64,000 bases of DNA, from contig OZ365115.1 of the NCBI GenBank assembly GCA_977030845.1, positions 10,106,001-10,170,000 on the forward strand, written 5' to 3'. Source of the DNA: Fimbriosthenelais zetlandica (Eukaryota). The translations under genes and the position numbers were made by a program. Position 1 is the stretch's first letter; each line of letters begins with the position of its first letter. Below the pieces are notes generated by a model that was not told the origin of the DNA, made no database searches, and worked only from the letters and a program-made list of their open reading frames with translations. Of the stretch, positions 19,401 to 32,400 are shown one piece after another.

Positions 19401-22400
19401 CCAGTTTTTAAGTTTTTTTAACGATTATTTTTGGAAAGTAATGTCAAGTAATCCCTACTCTCCCTGAGTGGCTCAGGAACCTGACACCCTCACAGGTATT
19501 GACCAGGGTTGACTCTGTGGAAGATGAAGTAGGCTGGAAGTGTGATATCGTTTCTTTAGGGATTAGTATTAACCTGATAATAGTCATGATAGTATTTGTT
19601 AAGGATATCCTGTAATTCCTCACCAAACACTACAAATCAACCCCAAAGTAGTTTAATAATGTACTGTTATTTCTTAGTAACATTTGGAAAAGAAGGCAGG
19701 GTAAAGAATCATACTGTAGAGACTAACTACGTTCTTTCTTTCCTCTGATCCCAAACCTGCCGGAAGTAGACAAAAGACAGTAATCACAATGAGAAAAAAG
19801 AGAAATGCAAAAAAAATGCAGTTGTTAAAGAGGCATATTTTTTCACTTGGTGCAGCTATTCAACCATTCTCCTCCCACGCTCTCATCTCCTATCATTTAT
19901 CTCAATGGCGGTAGAGCTTTATAATAGTATACCTGGATCTGATAGACGTCATCATTTGTACCACATCTCAACCATGGAAAACATATACCAGTAAATCAAC
20001 TTTCTCCTGTATTCAGGAGAACCGAGGGATACTTTCTAAAAGATGTACAGAGGACCATGTACGAGCATACACCTGGCCCTTTAATGGATAGAGATGCATG
20101 TATTAAAGATGGAATTATTTGCATAGATGTCAAATGATGGACACATCTCAATTGATGCCCTATTCTCAATTGATGCATGTCCTGATTTGAGATAATGTCT
20201 CAATTCACCTATATTGATGTGGCAATCTAGATCCAACGATCTAAAACGTTGCACCCATCCTAGAAAGATTGTGGCCATGAAAATAGCCTGTACACATCTA
20301 CACCCAAATGACCCGAACGCAATACAGGAAAAAGAGATCCAAAAATAAGACCCCAGATGAGAATCAACTACATATATAAACCTCCTTCACCATGCAGCAG
20401 TCGTCAGAAGTAATCAACAAGTGGAGATTGTTTGTCAAAAATCCCAAAGAACAGGTTCTGACATCCTGCCAATATTTGACCATCAGGTAATCAAAGAAGG
20501 AACGGCGCGCACCTAGTGGCCCTCTCTTAGGTCAACACAATACCCAGGGTCACATGTGCCAAGGGCAAATATTTTACCAAACTATTGTGTTTCTAAAAGC
20601 AGAGACAAGTATAGGGATCGGCACGAGGGTCTAGGATCAAAGACGGAGAAAGAAAAAAGTAAATTTTGGCTCACAGGATAGGAACGACTGCATGCATGGA
20701 TACAGGCACTTCCTCGGGTATATCCCCTTTACATTTTCTAGGGTTTTGCTTTGGCTGGTCCTGGCATATTATTAATCCTTTATATGTAGGCAAATAGATA
20801 AATATTTATTGATATACAGACACGTTTAGTACTCATGGATTGTACAATTGTGTACATGTTTAGCCTGTAGGGCACACGGTCAATATTCTCACAATCCAGG
20901 TGTATCCCTCATAGTGCGTCATTATCATGGCTAGAGAAATTATAATGAAATGCGCAATAGACAATGAATAGCTACATCACACGTCTCTAAAATACTTAGA
21001 CATTCCCTGGGCCTGCAAATGTCTTATTTATAGATTGAGGGCCTGTTTCAGGAGAAAGGTAAATGTCCCCTCACGCCATAACATTACAATTAAGATCTAA
21101 TGTTGTATATCTTTTTTAAGGGACAGGCCCCCAGGTCATGCAAGGCAGGTGCGCAGGTTAAGGGCAATAGTTGACAGTTCTTTGTAAGTTCTTGTGGGAG
21201 AATTATGTACGTTCTAGATTTAATTGCAGGCCCAGATAAAAACACAGCCATTCTCTGTTTGTGCTGTAACTTAATTCACTATAAATGACATCATTTTTGT
21301 CTTTGCATTAAGCTCCTTGATGTATCCTCACTTCTAAGTGATTAGATATATATAGTCGAGCATTCCCAGGCCATTACCTTCTCTTTCACACAGGTCCCTG
21401 GATCGAAATGCATTAACATTCCCAAATGTGATCTAAACACTTATATAAATCAATCCAGCTAAAATAATTGAATGCTATTTTTCTTCTCAAGTAATTCTCT
21501 CAACATTTTTCCTAGGGGTTAATTATTAAAAAGTCATGCATTTGCAGTGTTTAATTAATGGGAGGGGAACATTTAGCTAATTTATACCTTTCCTTTTCCC
21601 TTATTTGATTGATTATAACGAGCAATAATTGGGGGTTTGGTATTTATTTGGAACCAGTCTCAGGAAAAAGCTGATGGGAAAATGAATATCATTATCGTAT
21701 GATGTTTGTAATTATTGGATTTGGTTATTTATTGTTTTTTTCTTAGGAAATGTTTAGCACCATTATTAAACATATTTCATTGGGATGAGATTATTTATTA
21801 CATCATTGCATTTGAAGAGTCTGTTATCATTTGACAGTTATATCGACAGTTCTTAGTGACAGGATTGCGAGACCTACAATTGATGCCCAAGGCATTGTTA
21901 TTAGGCCTAAGTGTTGGATGCCGAAATTCTAGAAACGATAATTATTCCATAGCGCTGACACATAAATTGTTATGAAGTCAATCATTTGACATATCTTTCA
22001 ATCACTTCTTCATGCTACAGAGAGTCTGATGTTTGTACACGAGGCTTTCATAGACACAGAGCAGCAGTTTCCATTGATTCAGAATAACAGTCAACTTCTT
22101 GGGTATTATTACATCTCAGTTGAAAATGGTATAATGTGCTTTGACTCATTTTGGCTGCATTTCATGTGCAAGTACATCTTTAATAATACGCATTAACTCA
22201 CCTTCGTACATGAGGAAGCAACCAACCCTCACTATACAGGTCTACTGTATTATTAATTGCTTGCATGCGCACACTTCCACTTTCACACTTCTTTGACAAA
22301 TGACAAGCCATTTCCGCATGAAGGAGCCCCAACAAATGCAGCCATTTTATAAGTCACAAGATGAAACAAGATAAGAAAGGAACATGTTAAATGTCAATGA

Positions 22401-25400
22401 ATAAATTACAATCGCCGGGATAAACACTTGTTTGTCATTGTGCCTGGCTTTCTTCAGGATGAATGTTAGTCCATTCATTGGTGGCCGACATCAAAACTTG
22501 CTGACAGACTTGATCGATATGACACTTTTTTCAACCAAGAAATAAAATTCAGAAACTTGTTTCACATTGTGAGGTTTGTTGAACACTGGAATTTTTAATT
22601 GTCCTACCTCTGAGGAACCTCATGAATTGTTCATCACTTTCAGCTGTTCAAAACCGGTTTGATTTTTGGGTGTCCATGCATGTGAAGAATCTTGTGTCTT
22701 CAGAAATGATATTAAATCTTAGATTAGAGATTTACAACCAGCAAAAGCATGGAGAGTGTATATAAATATGCAAATAATTTCGTGACCCACACATAGAAGG
22801 GCATTTCATTTCTATTGAGTAGGGAAAATGCGTTTGGGAATTAGGTTGAATTTCTGGGGTCCATCTGGACAGATTTTTATTTTTCCTCAACTTTCCGTCA
22901 TTTTTTTACGTGGTGAAAGCTGAAAATATAGATCACAACGAGCCCTTTTTCACCAAGGGCCCCAACGAACGCCCCTTTCCATCTATAGAGCTGATAGGAC
23001 TGCATATTACAGAATAATATCAAAGCAAAGCCATGTCCATAACAAACACAGGTGGTAGCCCCATTTCTTTACCACCTTTGATCCCATTGAAAACTCGGAG
23101 GCGGTTTACTATAATTATGCATGTATCTCACATTCTCCTATCATAATTACCGACACATCTACCATGTAATTACTTCCAAATTCAATTCCTCTCCCTTCTT
23201 TTGTGACCAGGTGTGTATAGAGAGCAAGGGGGAACTGAATTGAAGTGCACAAGAAACATACCAGATGTATAGGTATAATATAGAGGCCATCATTCTATGG
23301 CTGGTGACGAACATGTGCGATAAGGTCCTATGGTAGAGTGTGGCTAGATGAATGAACACCTTTTTAGGGCTGCATTCTCTATTGGGAGGGGGAGATGCTT
23401 CCGTGGTTCAAAAGGCCTGACTGCGGGTTGTCTTTTCTCAAGGATAGGGCCTTGAGACAACAAATAGTGCAAAAAAGACACTACAGGTGGCGCTACTGGT
23501 TGTTATGGAAGAATGGTCACCCCAGGCTAGGGGAAGTCCTCGGAGATATCACAGAATTTATTACAGCAACTTTTTTCATGAAATTTTGCTGGATACCGAA
23601 GGGCAAGTGATAATATCAACAATTATGATCTAACATGAGGTAAAAGCAAACAATTGTGGGGGGAAAAGCGTTAGGATCAGAGGGACTTTTATTAATGGAT
23701 GACCGTTGACGCTCCATTCATTATTATCCCGCTGTAGTCTGTGACAATAGTCAGTAATCATATAGTTTGCGTTATGTAATCATTAAGAAGATATTAGCAT
23801 TGATAAAATACACCCACTTATCATTATACATTAATGTAACGATGACTGCTGAAAGATCTGAATGTGCAAATGGCACATTCTACCTGTACCATCCCAGTAT
23901 GTATAGAATAGCCTGATAGTTTTAACAAATAAGTACACTACATCTTTTAAAGACGTGTTCTCAAACTATTGCTTTTCTTTTATAGAACCCAGACCACCGG
24001 TTCAGCCTTTGGACTACAGCAACTTTATTTCGGTACCAGACCAATTCACCATTCAAGGGCGATAACCGACGCAGGTAGGTCTACCTATATCTTTCTTTTT
24101 GGTCCTTTTCTGCCTTTCTGAATGCGCAGAACATTTTTCCCTGGCAGAGAAATCGTCAAGACCAGTCCCTCAGGGCAGAATGCTTTAAATTTCATCGCTC
24201 TCTTTAAAGAAAAAAAGGGAAAATTATCGCAGGTCCTTTTCGTTCATTTTCTCATTGCCTCCCTTGTAAGTTAGATCCAAGCATTTTTATTGAATGTCAC
24301 TTTTTTTGTTCCGAGCACCCATACCACCATTTCAATCATGATTTACCCGTCTGTCTCGCCACCACTCATAGCTCCTCATCACATACATATACAGCCAGCT
24401 CTCGGCTCTGGTTTATTTGTCAAGAATCTCTGAGTACACACCATCCTAGGGAAGGTATCACCACATAAAACACTCCACTCCACTGTTGTACCTATCCCCG
24501 TTATATCAGACACAAAAGCTGTGGATCAGACTGCAAAATATTTGCTGTATTACCACCTGAATCGTGCATGGCGGCATTTACTGCGGGCCTGGTGGGCATT
24601 TAGTGCGGGCCTGCTGTGTAAGGTGGGATTTGGATCGTTTGTCTGCGGTGGAGAATGGTGGATCCTTCAGCCCCTAAGGGTTCGCAAACGCACCTGGCAT
24701 TAGAATTAGACAAGATGAGATATTTGGGATCATCGTTTAGATATTTTGTAAATAATTACAGCTCTCACATGATCCTGACCAGCCATGGGTATTCTTAAAG
24801 ATGCTCAAGAGATACCGTTTCTCACTTAACCATAGGTCTAAGACAATGTACTTTCTATAAGTTGTATAATTTTGCCAGTCTATCTACCGTAGAGATATGC
24901 ATGTCCCTGTCCCTTCTTCATGGAGTTGTCAGTTAAGTCTATATGTCTATAAGTTATAGGCTATTAGAAGAAATAAATCTATATTCCCCTGAAGCTGCAT
25001 ACCACATTTCAAGCATGCCACTATAACCATGCAGATGACTGTGTATATGGCATGGTATGCCACAGTTTCTTGTTGATTGCATGTTTGTTTGAAGTATATT
25101 TGAAGCACATTCCTATTGCTTATAGCCTTTTGTAAATGATGAGTTAGTTTATGATGGTCACATTCCTCTCCACCAGGTGACAAACTCTCCAGACTTACGC
25201 CCTTTTCTGTATTCACAGTGACACAGACCCCCTCCTCCCTGTCTCCCTTCAGAAACCACTGACATGCATATATCTCAACGCTTTGGGAATAATCTTTCAG
25301 GCGTAAGAATAGTAGCTTCTTTAACACTTGGATTAGCTGAATTAGTTGGGGTACACAGACAAAATTGAAGTTAATTGTTATGTTTGTGTGTGTTTTGAAG

Positions 25401-25579
25401 AATCTATAACAGGTTACTAAATGATATGGAGCCCCAGCATCAAAGCTTGTAAACCGAATTCCAAAGTCTCAGATCTTCTTGTACGACCTCCACCCCCGAA
25501 ACCCCCCGAATTCCCACCCGTGCCTAGGTGCTCTATTGTCACACCTGTCAGTGGAACAGTTAATTGTCAGGGAAAGGCG

Positions 25580-25593
25580 CCGCTAGATGGCGT
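25580..25593 (+). promoter_or_regulatory. CTCF-like motif
   Basis: CCGCTAGATGGCGT matches the CC(A/G)SYAGRKGGCRS core at 13/14 positions. Confidence 0.4.
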
Positions 25594-25909
25594 GCAAGAA
25601 CGATAAACCCTGCCTTAATGATCCAATCAGGTGGCTGGGAAGTTGGGAGTTCACCTCATATACTTCATTCTGCTACATTTTGGGTGATCCAAATCAGCAT
25701 GAGATACATTGGTACATGATCATTAGTCATAATGTTATCAAGACATCCCTTTCCTCTCCTATCTCTGATTGAAGATCTATTATACTTATATTATCATGAA
25801 GTGCGTATATTTATCTCCTAGTTTTGTATCTTATTTTGGATAAGCATCAGTGTATTGTTTGGTTATGTTGTTTGTCATGATGCCCAGGGTAGGTTAGGTT
25901 CGGCTGGGA

Positions 25910-25937
25910 GGGTGGGTGGGTGGGTGGGTGGGTGGGT
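25910..25937 (+). repeat. (GGGT)7 microsatellite within a G-rich tract
   Basis: Seven perfect GGGT units, read directly. Confidence 0.95.
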
Positions 25938-26909
25938 GGGGTGTTAATGGGTGGGGGTGTGTTGGATGATGGGTGAGATGGACCAGGGTTGCTCTTGCCC
26001 TTTGGTGGGGAGGACTAGATTTGGAAAGGGTTTGTTGGAGGGAGGGTACGTGGGATCGGCCAAGGTTGCTTTGGCCCTTTGTGGGAGGGTGTATTGGAGG
26101 GTGGATGAAATAGTGTTCCATTGGTCGTTGTGCGGGGTTGGGTAGGTGTTGGTAGGGGGAGATGGGATCCATATTTGCGCTGGAATTGTTTGACATATAA
26201 ATTAACTTCCTAATATTCACCTGTCAGTTTTAATTGGTCTACAATTTAGAAATAAAACCTCGGAAGAAATCGTTCATGCCATCGTAATTTTACACCCATC
26301 AAATATCGTGACGAAATACTTGTATCTGACTTAATTTGTTATTCCCACGCATAGTAAATTTGTATCATTTAATTGAAATGTAATGGTAAATTCCGTCCAT
26401 AGATTGTGCGTCGTAGAAAGTCTTGTCATTTCAATGCTATGGGAGAATTTTTGAGAAGTTGATATTAAAGACGGGTGTGGTATATATCACCAGGAGATGT
26501 GACTAAAACCCGCCTGTGATTCCTGCCTATTTCCAGAGGATTTAGTCCTGCCTAATGTTAAATGTAGAGTCGGCATGTCTGTTCTATGTTTGCATACCAT
26601 GGACCAGGGCTAAGAAAACATGTTAGAAGTAGAGATGACTTAAGTTAACGGCTTGTGTATAGGAAGTATTTTTGTGTTAATTTTTTGTCATTTCTTTACC
26701 ATGGATGTTTGTATGAGTTGGTGCTACAGTATGCTTTGTCTGTCGTCCTGTGATGAATTATAGATTGAGAAGAAGGGTGACGAATCAGGAAGTAGGGGAA
26801 CAGATGGTAGACTGGCCTCGGGGCTATAGGACAGGGTGAGGGAGGGGGAGGGGGCCGGGGAGGTGGGGCAGAGGGAGGGGGAGGTAAGGTGGGAGATAGA
26901 GAAGATGGG

Positions 26910-27245
26910 GATGTAGAGGGAAGGGGTTTAGGATGATTGGTAAACAAGCATGGCTGTTTTTATGGATTGTAGAAAAACTATGCTTTGAAAAAAGTGAAGG
27001 GCATCATTAAGCTGTTCCATGTAACTGCAGAGAAGTGAAAAGTTGTTCTTTGGGTTTGGGTCCACGGGTTAAATGAAGGTGTAGGAAATGTGGGTAAGGG
27101 AGATATAGAGGGAAGGGGCCAGGTTAGAATGATTGCTAGACAAGCAAGGTTGTTTTAATTGAGAAGCTGGTTTTCAAAAAATTGAATGTCATAATTAAGT
27201 TGTTTCTTGTGACGTTAGAGAAGTAAAGCTTTTCTCTTTGGGTTG
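26910..27245. repeat. Old degenerate tandem duplication, ~192-bp period
   Basis: The segments starting at 26910 and 27102 align by eye: GAT(G/A)TAGAGGGAAGGGG...TTAG(G/A)ATGATTG...ACAAGCA.GG.TGTTTT...AAAAA.TGAA...ATTAAG.TGTT...AGAGAAGT...TCTTTGGGTT. Confidence 0.8.
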
Positions 27246-29392
27246 CCAGAACCAGGGTCCATGGAATATGAGGGTAAAGTCACTGAGGGGAATGGATTTT
27301 CAATGGAATTTCGGGGCCCCACTTAAATGCATGATGTACTGCATGGGTTTATGCCACATATGTCTCATTTGAAATTACCTGGCTGTTGTGACAGTGGCGA
27401 TGCAGCTATTGAAAATTTCGAGATATTATCATAATTGGTGTCCGTTGTACAAATGAATTGACCTTAGTCATGAACGGGGTCCTTAAAGGGTCTACACTCC
27501 GCTAGCCACCCACTCACTTGTGGTCAGCAAAATTCCCCAGCATACCACACATACCTGTACCCTAACACACCTGGACATCTGTCCAGGTTCTGGACATTGA
27601 AGCTCAACTCCCACCTATAAGCTGCTTGCTTTGTAGGGATGACCACTATGCTACTACTACCCCTGCTGCTCCAGTGAACCACTTCAAACACCCACCTCCC
27701 CACCCACACCCCATCACCTCAAAGAATACACTAACCGGAAGTGACAGAATACATTATTGTCATTTGATAAACACCCACGTGACTGCCCACTTCTGATGCC
27801 TACAATAAGTAGAGGAAGATTTTCTATGGTTCCCTTAGTAACTATGAAGATTTTCAAGAGTGTGTCCTGCTTTTCAACGACAAGACAAGAACTATTTTGT
27901 GGGGGAAATTATGCCCGTGGGGCTGCATGATGACTGAGCGATAAACGGGGTTTTAAAATGGACCCTGATGGAGGTTTTCTAAAAGCTCACAGGTGGTGAG
28001 TAATGATACCTTTCTCCACCTTGAAAAAGCCTAGATTGCATGAGGGGTCATGGCCCATTTAGGGCTACCTTTATCTATACTATGAACAATCCTCATACTA
28101 TTAGTAATGATAATCCGACCAGCCCACGTGACTTGTATGACGCACCTCCCAGGGAGCCACGCGGTAGGATTCTATGACGTCACATAAAAGCCTGGATTTA
28201 TTTCCCAGCGGTCAAAGTGCATCCTTTTGTATTCTGTATCCGGTTTGATGCCGAAAGGCTGCGACTGCATGCATGTTGACCAAGTGTTGATAGAAAAAAA
28301 GTCTCCCAACTGTTCCCCGTCATCGCCCTCAGTTATTTCAATTAACGACCATTTTTGCTCATGCATAATATAGTTTAAGGACATTATATCGAAGTATACC
28401 ATTCACCCTCCCTCATTGCTCATAACATTAACATATTATAATAACTATTCTGGCTATTTCTAAAGGACTCTGGTGGTATATTTCCGCTATATAAGATACT
28501 TTTGAATTCAGATATCCGGTCGGAGATTACTTGTTGTAAAGAGTGAATTTTACGCTGGGGTATTTGTTGGAGGGTGAAATGACTGCGGCACGCTTAGTGT
28601 CTTTTCATATCGCAGCGTTTCATTAGCTTCTTCCCCGCCCACAAGCCAACATTGCCAGCTCCATCTTCCTTTATAAAGACACTTTACATTCAATGAAGCC
28701 TGGACCGCTTGGGTGCATTACAAAAGTTGGAAAAAACACACTTCATTAGGTTCAGAAAGCCAGAGGCGGTTTTGATGGCCACTTGGTTGAGAAGACCCTC
28801 GTCTTCCGCCTCAATGCATTATCCAGATTAGGGTTTTGATCTGAAGGTTGCAGTATACATATTTAAACTCTCGAAATGTCCCACTTTCACTGAAAGAATC
28901 AAACGACTAGGCTAATTACAGGCTTAAAATGCTAGAGGGTTGTATCCATTGACCCAATAGAAATGCGCTATTTTCTTCCAGGAGAAAGCAGACCCGCCCC
29001 TCCCTTGCCCTTAAAGAGGTATACGTATTTACCTATTTAAGAACAGATAATTACATTTAAATCTGTCTACAAAGCATTGAGCCATCAACTTGGCCTTAAT
29101 TTGCCTCCGGAAATCAGAGAAAACCCAAAAGATTTGTTGTATTGATGGTCTTATCTTATGAATTTAAGATCGTCATAATTCTGCATGAAACAAGGTATCT
29201 ATACACTGTTTAATTGATACGGCAAAATCTATTCCATTTAGAAAAGGCCTTAAACAGCTAACGCTTCATGACATCTTTGGCTAATTCCCGACCATGTGTC
29301 CATATAATTATTCGGGTCTGGCTCCATCTTTGCCCGGGGCCTGATTGTAAGTCTTGTGTAATTCCTTTACCGCCCCCGTCCAACACCTGTCC

Positions 29393-29409
29393 TGACCCTC
29401 GGCTGACCC
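29393..29409 (-). promoter_or_regulatory. Perfect nuclear-receptor DR5 element
   Basis: TGACCC-TCGGC-TGACCC on plus = GGGTCA GCCGA GGGTCA on minus. Confidence 0.45.
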
Positions 29410-32400
29410 GGAAATGCTTTCAACTGGCGACACTGGGTATTAAACGTTGAAGACAAGACTCTTCAATATAGCGACCCTGAAACTGATATTCTTCTTGAAA
29501 ATTTGACCTCACACATTGACGACTTTATCATCTGTCAGGATGTTGAATTAACATCAGTGAAGATATCATCCATAAATTTTATTTTAAAAGTTATTTGTCG
29601 AAATGTATGCATATCAGTACTACTTATTTGCCAAACGACATACCCTTATTTCGAGGCTAGCTCTGCTGTTGCAAATCCAAGGTTTCGTGTTCTGGGTTGA
29701 ATGCCACTTGCAAACCCTTTTTGCATGCTCTGTTGCATCATCTTTTGTGAAAATCAGCTCAATTGAGAGGGAATAACCTAAGTTTTGCTCATCACGAATG
29801 TAAGAATCTCCGCTTAGAAAAGTTATAAGTCCTGTTGGCAAACAAATCCAGAGCTTAGTACCGTTCGGATGCTGTCTATGGGAGAGTACAGTACTGTTAG
29901 GGTCGGTGAGGTTCGGATTAGGGGTGTCCCAGTGAAGCTACAGGACAGACAAAATGTGAAAAGGTGGCTGATCCCGTTGTTTACCAAACACTTCACTTCT
30001 GATCACCTCTGACATGATACACTTGGTCATGGTAGTAAAAACTCTCCCTGTCTGGCTTCCCTTTTTACACTTCATCTAATATTTTGAAGCTCTACTCAGC
30101 TCTACCAATGCCTCAACTGTCACTTACATGTACCTAAGTATTCTAATTCTAATCAGATAAGATAAGATACGATTGTCTTGATTCAGGAATACTGTATGGA
30201 TTATATGCCCTATCTTCGAAACGGACTCCTATATCTGAACTTGACTATAGCTTCAAGGGTGTCATCACAATACTTGGGACACTCCATAAGGTATAAAATA
30301 TTGTCTATTTTCAGACCTAAAATATTATTAAAGTCAGATATTTGAAATGTTAGAAAGTTTTCTTCTATAATTATATTGGGTATGGGTCTGAACTTGTCTC
30401 ATTACCTCAGCGCCAACCCAAGAGTTAGGCTTACATCATGTCCACAAATGAACCCTACAACAATGGACAATGTCCTCCTTTCAAAAATGCCCTTCTTTCG
30501 GGAAAGGGCAATGCGCTCCTCCCCTCCTGACAAAAGGCCTAAAGAGATAGCAAATGCCTCTACTCTGTCAAGCACTCAAAGCGATCATTGGGTTTCTTTC
30601 CGGAGGTGTGCGGGACAGATTCTTCCACACGATCTTATGTCAGCTCAGCCACCTGGGGAGAAGGCACATCTAATGAGAGGTAAAGCTTGGAATGTGATCG
30701 TTCCCAGGGGAAATGCCAGTATTTAAGGTAGTACTCGCTGTCATAGTACTTAGGCCTTTTCGTGGGCTTCGATTCATCTATAGTAATATTGCATCTACTT
30801 CCTTCGGGTTAAGATCAAGTGAGGACAGAATGCTTCAATCGGCAGCCTTTTTTCAACTTGAATTTTGTCCTAGTAGAGTTGTGTACCGAGATGGCTTATG
30901 GCTCGTTGGTTTCAGCAACACAGCAGGATGCATTATGCAACTTGTAACATAATATATTGTTATGCAATTTCCAAAGGTACAAAGGACATTATTTGAACAC
31001 AAAGAAAATATTTTTGTCCATAAAGAGAGATTTCATTGACTGCCGTATGATATTAAAGTAAATATAAAATAAAACAGTGGGTCCTAGATTTAAAGCCAGG
31101 TTCTATATGAGATATGATTCTTTTGCCATACTTTTTGTTCAAAGTGAAAATAACAGATATGAAGGGCTTGTCTCTTGACTTAATGACTCTTAATTGTAGA
31201 GTGAGTATATACATGACTGGTGTGATATAGTCGTCTCTATTATACCGTTAGTATAGTAGTGTACACCTATGACAACTTGGTGCTACTACGTCTGTACTAA
31301 TCTACGACATACCTGGCCCAGCAGGAGACCACACAGGTGAGGTGGGAGGGATGACAATGAACGGGTGTCCAGTCATCTGAGCCAGGTACTGGACAATGGT
31401 CAGTCACCGTGTGATGAGTATGTGATTTGGTGGATGGACAAGATTGATAAGACGTGTGGTGGGTGGGCAGGTGTGTGTGTGGGTGGTGGGTGGGTATTGG
31501 GGAGGAAAGATGGGAGGATGAAATTCAATGTAGGATTTTCCTATCTTGAAGTTCTCGAAGTATTTTCGTCTATAAACATTTACCCATTTTCTTGCTCTTG
31601 TACATGCACATGGGATATTTTAGAATGGGTACGGGGTCGTGTAGTTGCCTTTTCGCATTATTTGCGATTTGGGTTTATTGATAACGTAATTTGGCAAGCA
31701 TTGGAAATTGTCCCAGGCCCAGATGATGACTTCGCTTCCTGTAAATTAATCAGCTTTGATATTTTCCAATTCTGATCCATGCAAATTTAACATAACATTT
31801 TCATAAGAAATGACAGATGTATTTCTTCAGTTATTACCTATAGGCGGAAGCTTTTAAAGACAGAATTTATTGCTTCCCCCATTGAACCCCGGACAGTAAT
31901 ATTGATCCTGGCACACGCGCCTGGCAATTCACACATTTCCTACAGCGGGACCTGAAAGCCCAGTTGGCAAGGCCCTGACGTGTCTCTAAATATTAAGCCT
32001 TCCCTCGATCCTCCAACAAAAGAGACAAACCGTAATCTTTTACTTCTTATTTTGAGCCTGACGTTGAACACATTTCTCAAGTCATAGTATCAATCATAGG
32101 CTCATTGATAGCTGGACTTCTCTACACCTGACATCTTTTTACTCCGAGCCAAGAAATGTGACAAATAGTCCGATGAAAATTAATGATGAGATAAAAAGCC
32201 GACAAGAGCAAATGATTGATATATACATGTATCATGATCAACAAAAAAAGTCTATGATTAATCACCACCCGGGAAAAACAGAGATAGATGACGTTTTAAT
32301 ATGACAGGGATGGATAAAGCAACAAAGCATAATTAATTTGAGAAAGATCAACTCACAAAATAACAAGATTCGGTGCTTTATACTCAGAATATCCTCCTAT

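Noticed and set aside
21039-21130. 92-bp segment bounded by GGGCCTGT/ACAGGCCC (Tourist/Harbinger MITE-like TIR)
   Set aside because: The TIR is only 8 bp, no target-site duplication is evident, and no second copy is present in the window.
25894-26947. Pro/His-rich and Gly-rich ORFs
   Set aside because: They are products of G/C-rich simple repeats.
30376-30726. 116-aa ORF with an internal hairpin (30488-30510) followed by a T-run on the minus strand
   Set aside because: It starts at TTG with no recognisable motif; an intrinsic-terminator-like hairpin has no meaning here and does not match the histone stem-loop consensus.
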